Notes under the pieces: model-generated
Database searches by the model: none
What the model saw: the letters and a program-made list of their open reading frames with translations, nothing else
Told to the model about the DNA's origin: nothing
Position numbers and translations under genes: made by a program
Shown: positions 1 through 19,659 of the stretch, piece by piece
Numbering within the stretch: the first letter of the stretch is position 1
Layout: each line of letters starts with the position of its first letter
Assembly: GCA_002269645.1 (NCBI GenBank)
Contig: NIVC01002360.1
Span: forward strand, 62,001 to 126,000
Origin: Macrostomum lignano
Taxonomy: Eukaryota
Length of the DNA stretch: 64,000 nt
Direction: 5' to 3'

Positions 1-2
1 AC

Positions 3-947
3 CTGCGCCAGGTTCTCAACAGCAAGGATGCCGACAAGCACATACTCAAGATGATGCAGGGCCGCCGACTGCAGGCCCAGGAGCCGGGCACGTTTCGGTC
101 AACCACCGACCCCCAGAACCCGGTAGTCGTTGAGGGCGGCTGGCAGGCGCCCAAAGGCGAGGAAGTGATGGTTGAACGCGAGATAAGCGAGCTGGAGGGC
201 AAGGAGGCGAAGATCCGGGAGAAGCACGCAGCCAAGCAGTCTCAGCCGCGCCGTCCCGCGTTCGACTTCGACAGGCAGCTGTACCGACAGTCCAGCATGC
301 TCCGGCTGCGCGTGTTTGTCAACGGCGAGGATCCGAAGACGGCAACGACAGTCTGGGCTGAGACCGTCCACCAGGTTCTGGACACGGCGACAACTCGACT
401 GGGCTTGCGAAAGCCGGCCAAGATTCTCTTCTGCCTCGACGGCAAAGACGTACACGACATCGGGCAGCTGAGCCGGGACCAGCTGCTTTGCGTGTCCAGC
501 GGCGAGCCCTTCCAGCCACCCGGGTCGGCGCTGGAGACCGTGGAGATCAAAGCCAACTGGGGCCGCGCCAAGCGCCAGTACGGCCCCGGCGCCACCAACT
601 TCCACGTGCAGGCGCGCGGCCACCCCCTGGTCGGCGTGGACCCGTTCGGGCCGCCGCTGCACGGCGCCAACGCGAAGCCGTCGCCACCGCTGGTGCCGAT
701 CTACGACAGTCGGCGCGTCCGCGTCTTCGAGAACGGGCGAGCGGTCGGCGAGCCGGAGAGCGTCTTTGGCGACTCGCTGGAGGCCCTGCTGTCGGCCGCC
801 ACCAAGCGACTGAAGCTGCGCAATCCGGCCGTCTGCTTCTACAACGAGGAGGGCCACCGGGTGCTCAGCTTCAACGAGATATCGCGCGATGACTTGCTGT
901 ACGCGTCCACCACCAACAAGGGCTTCATCCGGCCGGAGAGGCGCTGA
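3..947 (+). CDS. 3' coding part of a doublecortin (DCX)-like domain protein, DCDC1-like; frame open from the window edge
   Basis: Frame is open from nt 3 (LRQVLNSKDADKHILKMMQ...) to TGA 945-947. It holds two related DCX-like units: RLRVFVNGED...LDTATTRLGLRKPAKILFCLDG...RDQLLCVSSGEPF and RVRVFENG...LLSAATKRLKLRNPAVCFYNEEG...RDDLLYAS. Base composition drops sharply to AT-rich after the stop. Confidence 0.75.
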   Translation: MRQVLNSKDADKHILKMMQGRRLQAQEPGTFRSTTDPQNPVVVEGGWQAPKGEEVMVEREISELEGKEAKIREKHAAKQSQPRRPAFDFDRQLYRQSSMLRLRVFVNGEDPKTATTVWAETVHQVLDTATTRLGLRKPAKILFCLDGKDVHDIGQLSRDQLLCVSSGEPFQPPGSALETVEIKANWGRAKRQYGPGATNFHVQARGHPLVGVDPFGPPLHGANAKPSPPLVPIYDSRRVRVFENGRAVGEPESVFGDSLEALLSAATKRLKLRNPAVCFYNEEGHRVLSFNEISRDDLLYASTTNKGFIRPERR

Positions 948-2004
948 GACCCGATAGCTTCGTCTGTGCACTGCGGTAGACTTGAGCAACTTTTGCAGCG
1001 CAAGCATGCAAATTCTTAATTTTAAATCCGTGCCTATTTCTGATTTGGTGTTTATGACAAATCGATTTTGAATAGTTTTGACAAATATCTAGCATCTAAA
1101 GTAGAGCTGGATATTTTTCCTAGATTGCAAAAGCTAAGCAAAACCAGGATTTTTGACACGAATGAAGCTTTACTAAACTTTGTTAGAATGTTTACGGTCG
1201 TTGTTATTTTGCTGAGTGCAAGAGAAATCAAAACTGTCTTTTTATGTGCCTTTTATTTTTGCTTAACCAAATGCCAAAACGCGATACTTATGCAAATTTA
1301 AACTCAAATTAATTGAAATATTTTGTTTCTGATTTACTCCCCGCGCACAGAATCCCCACTGCCTGCCTGATTGATCTTCCGGCTGAGATGGGCTTGAGAA
1401 AATAAGCAAAGTTTTTTGTGTTTTAATCCGTATTGATTGTTTTTAATAATCGCCTCAGATTTTAATATCTAATTAGCAGATTTTATAGATATTTTTATTC
1501 ATTTATTGATTGATATTTTTCAACAATTTTTCCGTCGATCTATAGCTAAATTGGGTGATTTTTACATATCCGATGGAGCACTTGTACAGCCGATTCAAAG
1601 TGAAATATCATATTAACTCTCTTCCGGCCTGCTATTGTACTACTAGTATGGCAGTAGTAGTATCTCCTGCGCATGGTTTCGCTGTGTGAGCTACTGACTA
1701 CCCTGCTATTTATGATTGCAGTAGGACCCACTGAACCCGTTTGCTGTTTCACCCACCCTGTCTCCCAACTCTGCGCTCTTAGACATTTTGGCCTCTCGCT
1801 TTTCAAATCCGTCTGTCCGTCTCTATCTATCAGTTTATTAAATATACAATATTGAATACTGCTTCGATGTCACAATGACTTTCTTGGTTTTTTTAAGACT
1901 CGAGTCGCATCTTTCAGACAGGCTGCTCAGAACAGTGAAATCAGCCCTGCTCCAATTTAGCTTATGGCTGCGAAAAAAAGCTTGTGTTTGAGTGCGCGTC
2001 CAGG

Positions 2005-2570
2005 TCTCGGCGTCACCACATGGAGCAGCGCCGCCTCGGACTACAGGACAGTCCTCAGAACGAAAGACTGCCCCAGGCAAGCCTGTGGTGACATCAGCAA
2101 CGGGCACTGCTTGAACTCTACCGTAGGGACATCAGGGTGGTGACCATGGCCCTCTCGGTAGATGGCTGCTTTGCCAGGCATCGTCACCTCCAGGGAAAAA
2201 TCCGTAGCGAGGAATGCCCATTCTGTCTCTCTGGTGTCGAGAATGCGGAGCACTTCATCTGTGAATCTTCACCCTCATCATCGCCTTTACCCAGGACAGG
2301 CTCACCTCCCTCGGCACAAACCCGGACCTCTCCGACGTTTTCATGTCCGAGAATCTCTGCCAGCTCGTCCGTCCGCTACCTAAGGGCTACTGGGCGAGCG
2401 ACCATCCACCTCCTGGACTCTCCGGAGGGGGACCGCACTGCGGACACCACCGGAACTCCCTTTCGCAGGAGATTTCATATCTCCTGCGAACACGCCCCGA
2501 TCGCAGTTGCCTACTTTCAGTAGCAAGTTCGGCACTGACTGAATAGCACAAAAGTGCAAAGTGTCCTAAC
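2005..2570 (+). mobile_element. Degenerate 5'-truncated non-LTR retrotransposon 3' end
   Basis: Frameshifted LINE C-terminal motifs: ELYRRDIRVVTMALS..GCFARHRHLQG..EECPFCLSGVENAEHFICE (zinc knuckle) and ENLCQLVRYLRATGR. A 12-bp perfect hairpin follows at 2462-2490. Confidence 0.65.
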
Positions 2571-3352
2571 ATTCAATTAGCTAGAAAATGAGCATTGGCG
2601 ACTCGTGACTACAGTTGTTTAGCCTCAATCTCATTCAGCATCTTGCACTTAGGCCTTACCGGAGTAATTAATGGGCTGATGGCGCTCTGATAAAGCCGAT
2701 ATAATCTGCGAATCACGTGGCTGCCCGACCCCCCCCCCGTCGCCGCTTCATCAAATTTAGTGACAGAAAGAGGTGATGCTCAGAGTGAGCGGGCCAGAAA
2801 CAAAGAAGTCCCAATCAATCAGACTGATGAACTAGATAAGGAGATATCCAAGCGAGCTCTCGGCACTTCTGTCCAGAGCCGGCGGCAGCAACAGGGGCTG
2901 CGCAGGGTCGGCCAGACAGCCGCAATCCTCCTTTTCCAGCCTTGAGCCCCGTATAATCCCAGATTGAGAATTTTGAATTAAAAAAAGAAGCAAAAAGGAT
3001 TAAATTAATATATTACTCTATTTGACCTTCACTTGTGACCTTGCTTTATATTTTAATGCTTAAGCATATATGAGCTGAAAACGAATTTCAAACCCAGGGA
3101 CTGCAGGCTGCTGTATCAGCATACGGAAAAGTGCAAATTGAAAGTAGCACGAGACAGATAATAGCAAATGTGATGATGATGGGGAAGGTAAAGCTGGGAG
3201 CTGCTCACAGTGCGTTAAGTCTGAGGGGATGGTCTGACATTGACGGGAAAAATACACAAAAGGTACAAACGAATTAGTTTTTCTGGGTGCACAAAATGAA
3301 TTGAATAATTTTTTCTTATAAATGTAATCACATTTTATAAGTTTCAATTGCA

Positions 3353-3767
3353 CTCAGATGAGCACCCTACCCAACTCAGATGAGCACCCTACCCAACTCA
3401 GATGAGCACCCTACCCAACTCAGATGAGCACCCTACCCAACTCAGATGGGCACCCTACCCAACTCAGATGGGCACCCTACCCAACTCAGATGGGCACCCT
3501 ACCCAACTCAGATGAGCACCCTACCCAACTCAGATGAGCACCCTACCCAACTCAGATGAGCACCCTACCCAACTCAGATGAGCACCCTACCCAACTCAGA
3601 GGAGCACCCTACCCAACTCAGATGAGCACCCTACCCAACTCAGATGAGCACCCTACCCAACTCAGATGAGCACCCTACCCAACTCAGATGAGCACCCTAC
3701 CCAACTCAGATGAGCACCCTACCCAACTCATATGAGCACCCTACCCAACTCAGAGGAGCACCCTACC
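3353..3767. repeat. 22-bp minisatellite (CTCAGATGAGCACCCTACCCAA), about 19 copies
   Basis: Direct tandem units read from the sequence; period 22 (3353, 3375...). Confidence 0.95.
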
Positions 3768-4260
3768 TAGAATCCAATATTCAAAATCCCAAGCAGCCTA
3801 ACACAGATCCCGAATCCCCCAGTCTGCTCAGAAGCATTTCCCTGTCGGTTCAGAAAAGCGATCTGAATTCCCTTGCACAGCAGGGGCAGGGAAGCCACCT
3901 GCCATCCTCAATTGAATCTGCCGTCCCAAATCCTCAATTGAAACAGAGAACACGGAAACTCAATAGCTGCTATCGCAGGTGCAAACAGAACGATGCCCCC
4001 CCCATTTCTATTTGAGCAGCGAATTCCTCAGCAAGCACGCAAACTCAAAGCAGAATTTTATCCGCTATCGAGTGTTGGCTCACTTCTCCTTGCACACCTG
4101 CTGCAGTTGCCAGCTGGCCTTGGGGTGATGCAATTTGTGCAGTTTGCAAAATTCTGCCGATTGGAGCAGGGAGGAAATATCCTTTGTCGACTTCTGGGGT
4201 GGACCCGTCCCCTCGTTGCGTTTCCAAATTATTCTGCGTTTTCCCAACCAACATAGAGAA

Positions 4261-4887
4261 AGCGTCGCTCAATTGGCGCTAGCGTCACTCAATTGGCGCC
4301 AGCGTCACTCAATTGGCGCCAGCGTCACTCAATTGGCGCCAGCGTCACTCAATTGACGCCAGCGTCACTCAATTGGCGCCAGCGTCACTCAATTGGCGCC
4401 AGCGTCACTCAATTGGCGCCAGCGTCACTCAATTGACGCCAGCGTCACTCAATTGGCGCCAGCGTCACTCAATTGGCGCCAGCGTCACTCAATTGGCGCC
4501 AGCGTCACTCAATTGGCGCCAGCGTCACTCAATTGACGCCAGCGTCACTCAATTGGCGCCAGCGTCACTCAATTGGCGCCAGCGTCACTCAATTGGCGCC
4601 AGCGTCACTCAATTGGCGCCAGCGTCACTCAAACAGTGCCAGCGTCACTCAATTGGCGCCAGCGTCACTCAAACAGTGCCAGCGTCACTCAATTGGCGCC
4701 AGCGTCACTCAATTGGCGCTAGCGTCACTCAATTGGCGCCAGCGTCACTCAATTGGCGCCAGCGTCACTCAATTGGCGCCAGCGTCACTCAATTGGCGCC
4801 AGCGTCACTCAATTGGCGCCAGCGTCACTCAATTGGCGCCAGCGTCACTCAAAGCGCCAGCGTCACTCAATTGGCGCCAGCGTCACT
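4261..4887. repeat. 20-bp minisatellite (AGCGTCACTCAATTGGCGCC), about 31 copies, immediately 3' of the complexin stop
   Basis: Tandem units are visible. The unit at 4880-4887 overlaps the complexin stop codon (4883-4885). Confidence 0.95.
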
Positions 4888-7087
4888 GGATCGCGCACTT
4901 GTCCTGCGCATCAGCCAGGACCCTCTGCGGCACGCCGGCCACGGAGCGCACGGTGTCCCGCACGACGCCCTCGGGCAGGAAGGAGGCCAGGTTGTCCTCG
5001 GCCGGGTCCCGCTCGGCCGCCAGCTCCTCTGCCGTTTTCCGCTTCCGGCCGAGGCGGCCCGCTGCGCCGCCGAAAAAGTGCTCGTCACCGTCGCCGAAAT
5101 GCTGCGGGTCCGCCTTCTTGGGAATGTTGTACTGCTCGGCGGGAGGGACGAGGAATATTTGAATTTTTTCTTGTCAGATTTTACCTTCCATGATAATTCC
5201 CTTCCACAGAGAATTGCCCCTCCCGATAATTCCCCTTCCCAATAATTCTCCTTCACGATAATCCACCCTCCTGATAATTCCCCTTCCCGATAATTCCCCC
5301 TTCTGATAATTCCCCTTTCCCGATAATTCCTCTTCCCGATAATTCCCCTTCCCGATGATTCCCCTTCCCGATAATTCCCCTTCCCGATAATTCCCCTTCC
5401 CGATAATTCCCCTTCCCGATAATTCCCCTTCCCGATAATTCCCCTTCCCGATAATTCCCCTTCCCGATGGTTCCCCTTCCCGATAATTCCCCCTTCTGAT
5501 AATTCCCCCTCCCGATAATTCCCCTTCCCGATAATTCCCCTTCCCGATAATTCCCCTTCCCGATAATTCCCCCTCCCGATAATTCCCCTTCCCGATGATT
5601 CCCCTTCCCGTTAATTCCTCATTTCCAAAAAATTTCCCTTTTCTGGATAATTCCCCTTTCCGATAATTCCCCTTTTCGATAATTCCCCCTAAAAACAGCT
5701 TAGTCAGCCCTGTTGCTGTGAATTTGCCAATCAGAGTTGGTTTGGCTATGAGCCGCAGCCGCTCCTGACCTGCCGCCTCTCACCTTCTCCCGAATCCCCT
5801 GCCGCATCTCCTCCCTCTCAGCCTCCATTCTGCGGTGCTTTTCCTCCCGCTTTCGCTTCTCCTCTGCCAGCGCCTCCGCGATCGCCGCCCGCTGCTCCGC
5901 CAGGCGCTCCGCGTCCTCCGCGCTCGTCTCGTCACCGCCGGTCATCTTGCCTGCCACGGGGACAGTTGGGGACTCAGTGAGTGAGTTTGGGAGCTCAGTG
6001 AGTGAATTGGGGACTCAGTGAGTGAGTTTGGGAGCTCAGTGAGTGAATTGGGGACTCAGTGAGTGAGTTTGGGAGCTCAGTGAGTGAATTGGGGTCTCAG
6101 TGAGTGAGTTTGGGAGCTCAGTGAGTGAGTTGGGAGCTCAGTGAGTGAGTTTGGGAGCTCAGTGAGTGAATTGGGGACTCAGTAAGTGAGTTGCGGGGCT
6201 CAGTAAGTGAGTTGGAGAGCTCAGTGAGTGAGTTGGGGAGCTCAGTGAGTGAGTTGGGGAGCTCAGTGATTTGGGGAGCTCAGTGAGTGAGTTGCGGAGC
6301 TCAGTGTGATTTTGGGAGCTCAGTGAGTGAATTGGGGAGCTCAGTGAGTGAGTTAGGGGGCTCAGTGAGTGAGTTGGGAACTCAGTGAGTGAGTTGGGAC
6401 TCAGTGAGTGAGTTGGGGACTCAGTGAATGAGTTTGGAACTCAGTGAGTGAGTTGGGAACTCAGTGAGTGAGTTGGGGACTCAGTGAGTTAGTTGAGAAC
6501 TCAGTGAGTGAGTTGGGGACTCAGTGAATGAGTTGGGAACTCAGTGAGTGAGTTGGGGACTCAGTGAGTTGGGGACTCAGTGAGTTAGTTGAGAACTCAG
6601 TGAGTGAGTTGGGGAGCTCAGTGAGTGAGTTGGGGACTCAGTGAGTTAGTTGAGAACTCAGTGAGTGAGTTGGGGACTCAGTGAATGAGTTGGGAACTCA
6701 GTGAGTGAGTTGGGGACTCAGTGAGTTGGGGACTCAGTGAGTTAGTTGAGAACTCAGTGAGTGAGTTGGGGAGCTCAGTGAGTGAGTTGGGGACTCAGTG
6801 AGTTAGTTGAGAACTCAGTGAGTGAGTTGGGGACTCAGTGAATGACTTGGGAACTCACTGAGTGAGTTATGGACTCAGTGAATGAGTTGGGAACTCAGTG
6901 AGTGAGTTGGGGACTCAGTGAATGAGTTGGAAACTCAGTGAGTGAGTTGGGGAGCTCAGTGAGTGAGTTATGGACTCAGTGAGTGAGGGGGAACTCAGTG
7001 AGTGAATTGGGGAGCTCAGTTATCAATCTCACCTTTGACAGACTCCATCTGTTTTCCCACCAGCTGTTTGGCGATGAAGCTGGCCAT
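4883..7087 (-). CDS. cpx: Complexin (invertebrate CaaX type), 156 aa, 3 exons: 7087-7033, 5950-5784, 5131-4883
   Basis: GT-AG introns with matching phases (1, 0). Product: MASFIAKQLVGKQMESVKGKMTGGD...EALAEEKRKREEKHRRMEAEREEMRQGIREK|YNIPKK...AQDKCAIQ*. The N-terminus, central helix and C-terminal CaaX box are all characteristic of complexins. Confidence 0.95.
5195..5690. repeat. 16-bp minisatellite (GATAATTCCCCTTCCC) filling complexin intron 2
   Basis: Tandem units, period 16 (5370, 5386). Confidence 0.9.
5968..7020. repeat. About 20-bp degenerate minisatellite (GGGGACTCAGTGAGTGAGTT) filling complexin intron 1
   Basis: Tandem units occupy nearly the whole 5951-7032 intron. Confidence 0.9.
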
Positions 7088-8684
7088 GGCTGCTGACTGC
7101 ACCGAGGCGTTTTGTCTCCGCAAAGCTGTGTTTTTTTATAGAAAAATCTCCTTGAGTTGCCGCCCTGTCGATGAGGCAGAGGGTGACGGGATGCAGACGC
7201 TAAGGCTGGTGCTTTAGAAAGCAAGGAATCTGTTGATGGATGGAGCCGAGCGCAGGGGTTGTTAAGGGGGGAATTTATTTTTAAACTCCGCTCTCAGCGG
7301 GCTGAGGTTGCCATCCCGGCAGGCCTGCATGCATTGGCTGAGGGGGGGCACGGAGACCCGAGGGGAGCTCAGGACAGATCCCCGAGCTGGCATGCGGCTC
7401 GGGTAATGAGACACTGCCGGGTACTCGGGCCGGGCAAGGGGAGGGCGGAGCTCGGCTCTGCTCCGAAAAATACAAAGCAGGTAAGAATTCCGAAGATGGA
7501 AATGGACTTCGAATACGACACCCGGGAGAAGCAGCGAACCCTGAGGTAGTTTCCCAGCCGACCCTTAGCAACCTGAGCTGGAAATGGCGTAGCGCTCAGA
7601 GAGACAGGCCTTTTGCTCTGGCGAGTCGATGATTCAGAGGGAATCTGTGGCGGATGAGTCGGAAATTCACTCCCGAGTGCACCAGCGCCCCCCCCACCGA
7701 GCAGATGCGATCCTACTCAGTCTAGTCCACCCGAAGCCGCTGCCTGCCTTCTTTTTTATTCAGACCCAACTGGGGGATCTTAAGCTAGTTAGCTCCCCAA
7801 TTAATTTTCCCCTACAGACAGTCTTCCCCTCACAACCCGGACTCCCATCGCTCACCCGGAATCTCCCCCTTATCGCCGCTCGTCCTCACATCTAAGAAGG
7901 CTAATTTTCAAGCCCCAGCTCTTCTCAGAGAGCAATTCTCAGAGGGCGGCATCTTTGCCAGAAGTCGGGGCGCGGAGGCTGGGATTGAACTAATGTTGAT
8001 GAGGCGGCTCACGGGGATGAAAGGGGCGGAGAGAGGCAGGCCTCAGTTTTCAGTCTGTTTCATCTGTTCGGATTTACGAGTACATTAAAAATTCGCTTTT
8101 TTTATAATATCCGCAATAGACTACTAATTTTTTCAAGTAAGTAGTGTGATAAGAATGCACGGCAGCTCTGAAATTTCACTGATTTTTATCATCAGGATAC
8201 GAGTAAAAGGTCGATTATACAAACAAAAATCGACAGACCAAAAACATTTTACCGATGAAAGGGCCTGAAAATAGTTGAATTCCTGCAATGCTCAATTCAA
8301 AAGTTCAATTTAATAGCCTGCTCAAGAACCCTCCTGAGCTCAAGCAACTCCTGTGGTGGAAAATTCTGGCTAGCAGTTTAAAAGCTACTCAATGAGCCAT
8401 TGCTATCTTCATGCTTTTAAAAATATTTTCTGCGCATCAGGTGGTGTTCTGAAATGGCAATCATTCCGAGATTTTTCTGGGCCGAGATCGTCCTAGAGGG
8501 GTCTGCTGTTTTGATTCTGATTTTTTATTTTTTGTGTTTTTTGAATATTTCTCTCACACTATAGCAAACCATAAATGAATAATATTTTTCTCCTAGCAAA
8601 TCATCTATTTAATTGTTAAAATACTTTGGAATTCAAAAAGCAATGATCAATTTTGCTCGAAAACGGTTGCAGTACTTGCAGGGT

Positions 8685-8935
8685 GTACACTGCTTGCAGG
8701 GTGTACACTGCTTGCAGGGTGTACACTCTGCAGAGTGTAGACGGCCTGCAGGGTGTACAAGACTTGCAGGGTGTACAAGGCTTAAGGGTGTACTAGGGGT
8801 GTAGAAGGCCTGCAAGGTGTATCAGGGGTGTACAAGGTCTGCAGGGTGTACAAGGGGTGTACGAGGCCTGCAGGGTGTACAAGGCCTGCAGGGTGTACAA
8901 GGCTTAGGGGTGTACAAGGCTTAAGGGTGTAGTCG
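8685..8935. repeat. Degenerate ~18-bp tandem repeat (GCAGGGTGTACA core)
   Basis: Recurrent gcagggtgtacac/aa units. Confidence 0.8.
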
Positions 8936-9269
8936 TACAAGATATTGCACGGGGGTCTTAATAGATATTTTGTTTAGTAAACAAAAGTTCCAAGGGCAAT
9001 TGGCAGTCAGTATTGTAGGATTAAAATTTTTCATGTCTTATTTTTTCATCAATGATACTGCCTGAGCACTAACTTACTCAGCAACAAAAGTTTTGATGCA
9101 GCCGTCACAGCCGTGTCCGAATTCTTGAGAGAAAATCTGCAGGAATAACAGCTGATTAAGTCTTAGCCCTCGTCCCAAGAAATCCTATATATTATCTTAT
9201 CGCTGGCTTGGAGCAACCCACTTGGGCTCCCAATTCTGCCGCCGTGACACAAACTGCGTAAATAGTTTA

Positions 9270-10902
9270 CAGAGTGGAATCGGATTGAGTGGGGATTTAC
9301 ATTGCGGTCTGCCTGGTCAGAGTGGAATCGGATTGGGTGGAGATCTACATTGCGGTCTGCCTGGTCAGAGTGGAATCGGATTGAGTGGTGATGTACATTG
9401 CGGTCTGCCTGGTCAGAGTGGAATCGGATTGAGTGGGGATGTACATTGCGGTCTGCCTGGTCAGAGTGGAATCGGATTGAGTGTGGATGTACATTGCGGT
9501 CTGCCTGGTCAGAGTGGAATCGGATTGAGTGGGGATGTACATTGCGGTCTGCCTGGTCAGAGTGGAATCGGATTGAGTGTGGATGTACATTGCGGTCTGC
9601 CTGGTCAGAGTGGAATCGGATTGAGTGGGGATGTACATTGCGGTCTGCCTGGTCAGAGTGGAATCGGATTGAGTGGGGATGTACATTGCGGTCGGTCTGC
9701 CTGGTCAGAGTGGAATCGGATTGAGTGGGGATGTACATTGCGGTCTGCCTGGTCAGAGTGGAATCGGATTGAGTGGGGATGTACATTGCGGTCGGTCTGC
9801 CTGGTCAGAGTGGAATCGGATTGAGTGGGGATGTACATTGCGGTCTGCCTGGTCAGAGTGGAATCGGATTGAGTGTGGATGTACATTGCGGTCTGCCTGG
9901 TCAGAGTGGAATCGGATTGAGTGTGGATGTACATTGCGGTCTGCCTGGTCAGAGTGGAATCGGATTGAGTGGGGATGTACATTGCGGTCTGCCTGGTCAG
10001 AGTGGAATCGGATTGAGTGTGGATGTACATTGCGGTCTGCCTGGTCAGAGTGGAATCGGATTGAGTGGGGATGTACATTGCGGTCTGCCTGGTCAGAGTG
10101 GAATCGGATTGAGTGGGGATGTACATTGCGGTCTGCCTGGTCAGAGTGGAATCGGATTGAGTGGGGATGTACATTGCGGTCTGCCTGGTCAGAGTGGAAT
10201 CGGATTGAGTGGGGATGTACATTGCGGTCGGTCTGCCTGGTCAGAGTGGAATCGGATTGAGTGGGGATGTACATTGCGGTCTGCCTGGTCAGAGTGGAAT
10301 CGGATTGAGTGGGGATGTACATTGCGGTCGGTCTGCCTGGTCAGAGTGGAATCGGATTGAGTGGGGATGTACATTGCGGTCTGCCTGGTCAGAGTGGAAT
10401 CGGATTGAGTGGGGATGTACATTGCGGTCTGCCTGGTCAGAGTGGAATCGGATTGAGTGGGGATGTACATTGCGGTCTGCCTGGTCAGAGTGGAATCGGA
10501 TTGAGTGGGGATGTACATTGCGGTCTGCCTGGTCAGAGTGGAATCGGATTGAGTGGGGATGTACATTGCGGTCTGCCTGGTCAGAGTGGAATCGGATTGA
10601 GTGGGGATGTACATTGCGGTCTGCCTGGTCAGAGTGGAATCGGATTGAGTGGGGATGTACATTGCGGTCTGCCTGGTCAGAGTGGAATCGGATTGAGTGG
10701 GGATGTACATTGCGGTCTGCCTGGTCAGAGTGGAATCGGATTGAGTGGGGATGTACATTGCGGTCTGCCTGGTCAGAGTGGAATCGGATTGAGTGGGGAT
10801 GTACATTGCGGTCTGCCTGGTCAGAGTGGAATCGGATTGAGTGGGGATGTACATTGCGGTCTGCCTGGTCAGAGTGGAATCGGATTGAGTGGGGATGTAC
10901 AT
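9270..10902. repeat. 48-bp minisatellite, about 34 copies
   Basis: Unit CAGAGTGGAATCGGATTGAGTGGGGATGTACATTGCGGTCTGCCTGGT. A few copies carry a CGGT duplication. It generates the many repeat ORFs at 9.1-11.0 kb. Confidence 0.95.
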
Positions 10903-11684
10903 TAATGCATAAGTTGGGGTTTTAAGAATCCAATGTACTTTTTCGTTGCGTCGCCGAGCTGCAATTTGCTTGAGAAGCTGCTTGAACCTCGAAAAGAGAA
11001 ACATTCAGACGGGGTTCCAATGCAGAGGCTCGTCAGGATCCTTTCAACAGTAATTAAGAACTTTGATCGGCCGATGAGGAACCTATAAAAGAAGCTGAAG
11101 AGCAGGTTGATTGGCCCGGGCTGGGTTCCTGCATAAATAATAGATCAGGGGATGCCAACGCCCTGCGCTCAGAATGGTCTCTGGGGCTGCTGAAGAACTA
11201 ATACAGGGGGCTGTGCCGCTGCCCTGCCATGACCTCCCCGGCATGAAAAATTAATGCAGGAGCCCTGAGTGAGTAACTCAGCTGCCGGGTGGCTGCGGCA
11301 GCGGACCCGCCTATCAAACCGACCAGCAGGTATTTATCAGGGATTTGCTGACAATACAAAAATTATACTGATTTCTTCCAAAGAGAGACTGCCTCTACTC
11401 TTCCTGTCGATATGTTTCAATCGGGCGGTCTCTCCAGCATCCATCAGCATCAGCTCAAGCCCAAGGAGCTTCATCAACCTCAGCATCAGCTGCAACCGGC
11501 TCCGTTTGAGTTTCGGATTCGTCCCGGCTCGTCTAGAGAGACTTCGACAGGGAGCGACTTAGGGAGCCGGTCAGTTTGGGTCAGGGTCAGTCTTGGTCAG
11601 GGTCAGTTTGGATCAGGGTCAGTCTAGTTCAAGGTCAATCTGGGTCAGTCTGGCTCAGGGCCAAGGTCAGTCTGGGGTACGGAG

Positions 11685-12225
11685 GTAGATAAAGCAGTAG
11701 ATAGAGAGGTAGCTAGAGAGGTAGATACGGTAGCTAGAGAGGTAGATACGGAGGCAGATAAAGCAGTAGATAGAGAGGTAGCTAGCGAGGTAGATAAAGC
11801 AGTAGCTAGAGAGGTAGCTAGAGAGGTAGATAAAGCAGTAGATAGAGAGGTAGCTAGAGAGGCAGATAAAGCAGTAGATAGAGAGGTAGCTAGAGAGGCA
11901 GATAAAGCAGTAGATAGAGAGGTAGCTAGAGAGGCAGATAAAGCAGTAGATAGAGAGGTAGCTAGAGAGGCAGATAAAGCAGTAGATAGAGAGGTAGCTA
12001 GAGAGGCAGATAAAGCAGTAGATAGAGAGGTAGCTAGAGAGGCAGATAAAGCAGTAGATAGAGAGGTAGCTAGAGAGGCAGATAAAGCAGTAGATAGAGA
12101 GGTAGCTAGAGAGGCAGATAAAGCAGTAGATAGAGAGGTAGCTAGAGAGGCAGATAAAGCAGTAGATAGAGAGGTAGCTAGAGAGGCAGATAAAGCAGTA
12201 GATAGAGAGGTAGCTAGAGAGGCAG

Positions 12226-12227
<2 letters not shown>
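11685..12227. repeat. 36-bp repeat (GATAAAGCAGTAGATAGAGAGGTAGCTAGAGAGGCA), about 15 copies
   Basis: Tandem units. On + the array reads (DKAVDREVAREA)n in frame with the following PDZ-gene exon. Confidence 0.9.
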
Positions 12228-19585
<7,358 letters not shown>

Positions 19586-19659
19586 TTTGATGACTCGACT
19601 TGTTGGGTTGTTGCTGAGAGGAAATGAAACAGAGTGACTGAGACCAAAACTATGAGAAC

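Noticed and set aside
99-1007. 302-aa antisense ORF, and similar overlapping ORFs over the GC-rich exons and the LINE
   Set aside because: These are shadows of GC-rich coding sequence on the opposite strand or in other frames, with no motifs.
2760-2945. Exon-like 61-codon stretch after an AG
   Set aside because: No recognisable domain and no partner exon found.
9163-11004. Many 100-270-aa ORFs, collagen-like GLPGQSG repeats
   Set aside because: They are translations of the 48-bp array. There is no true Gly-X-Y periodicity and no splice context.
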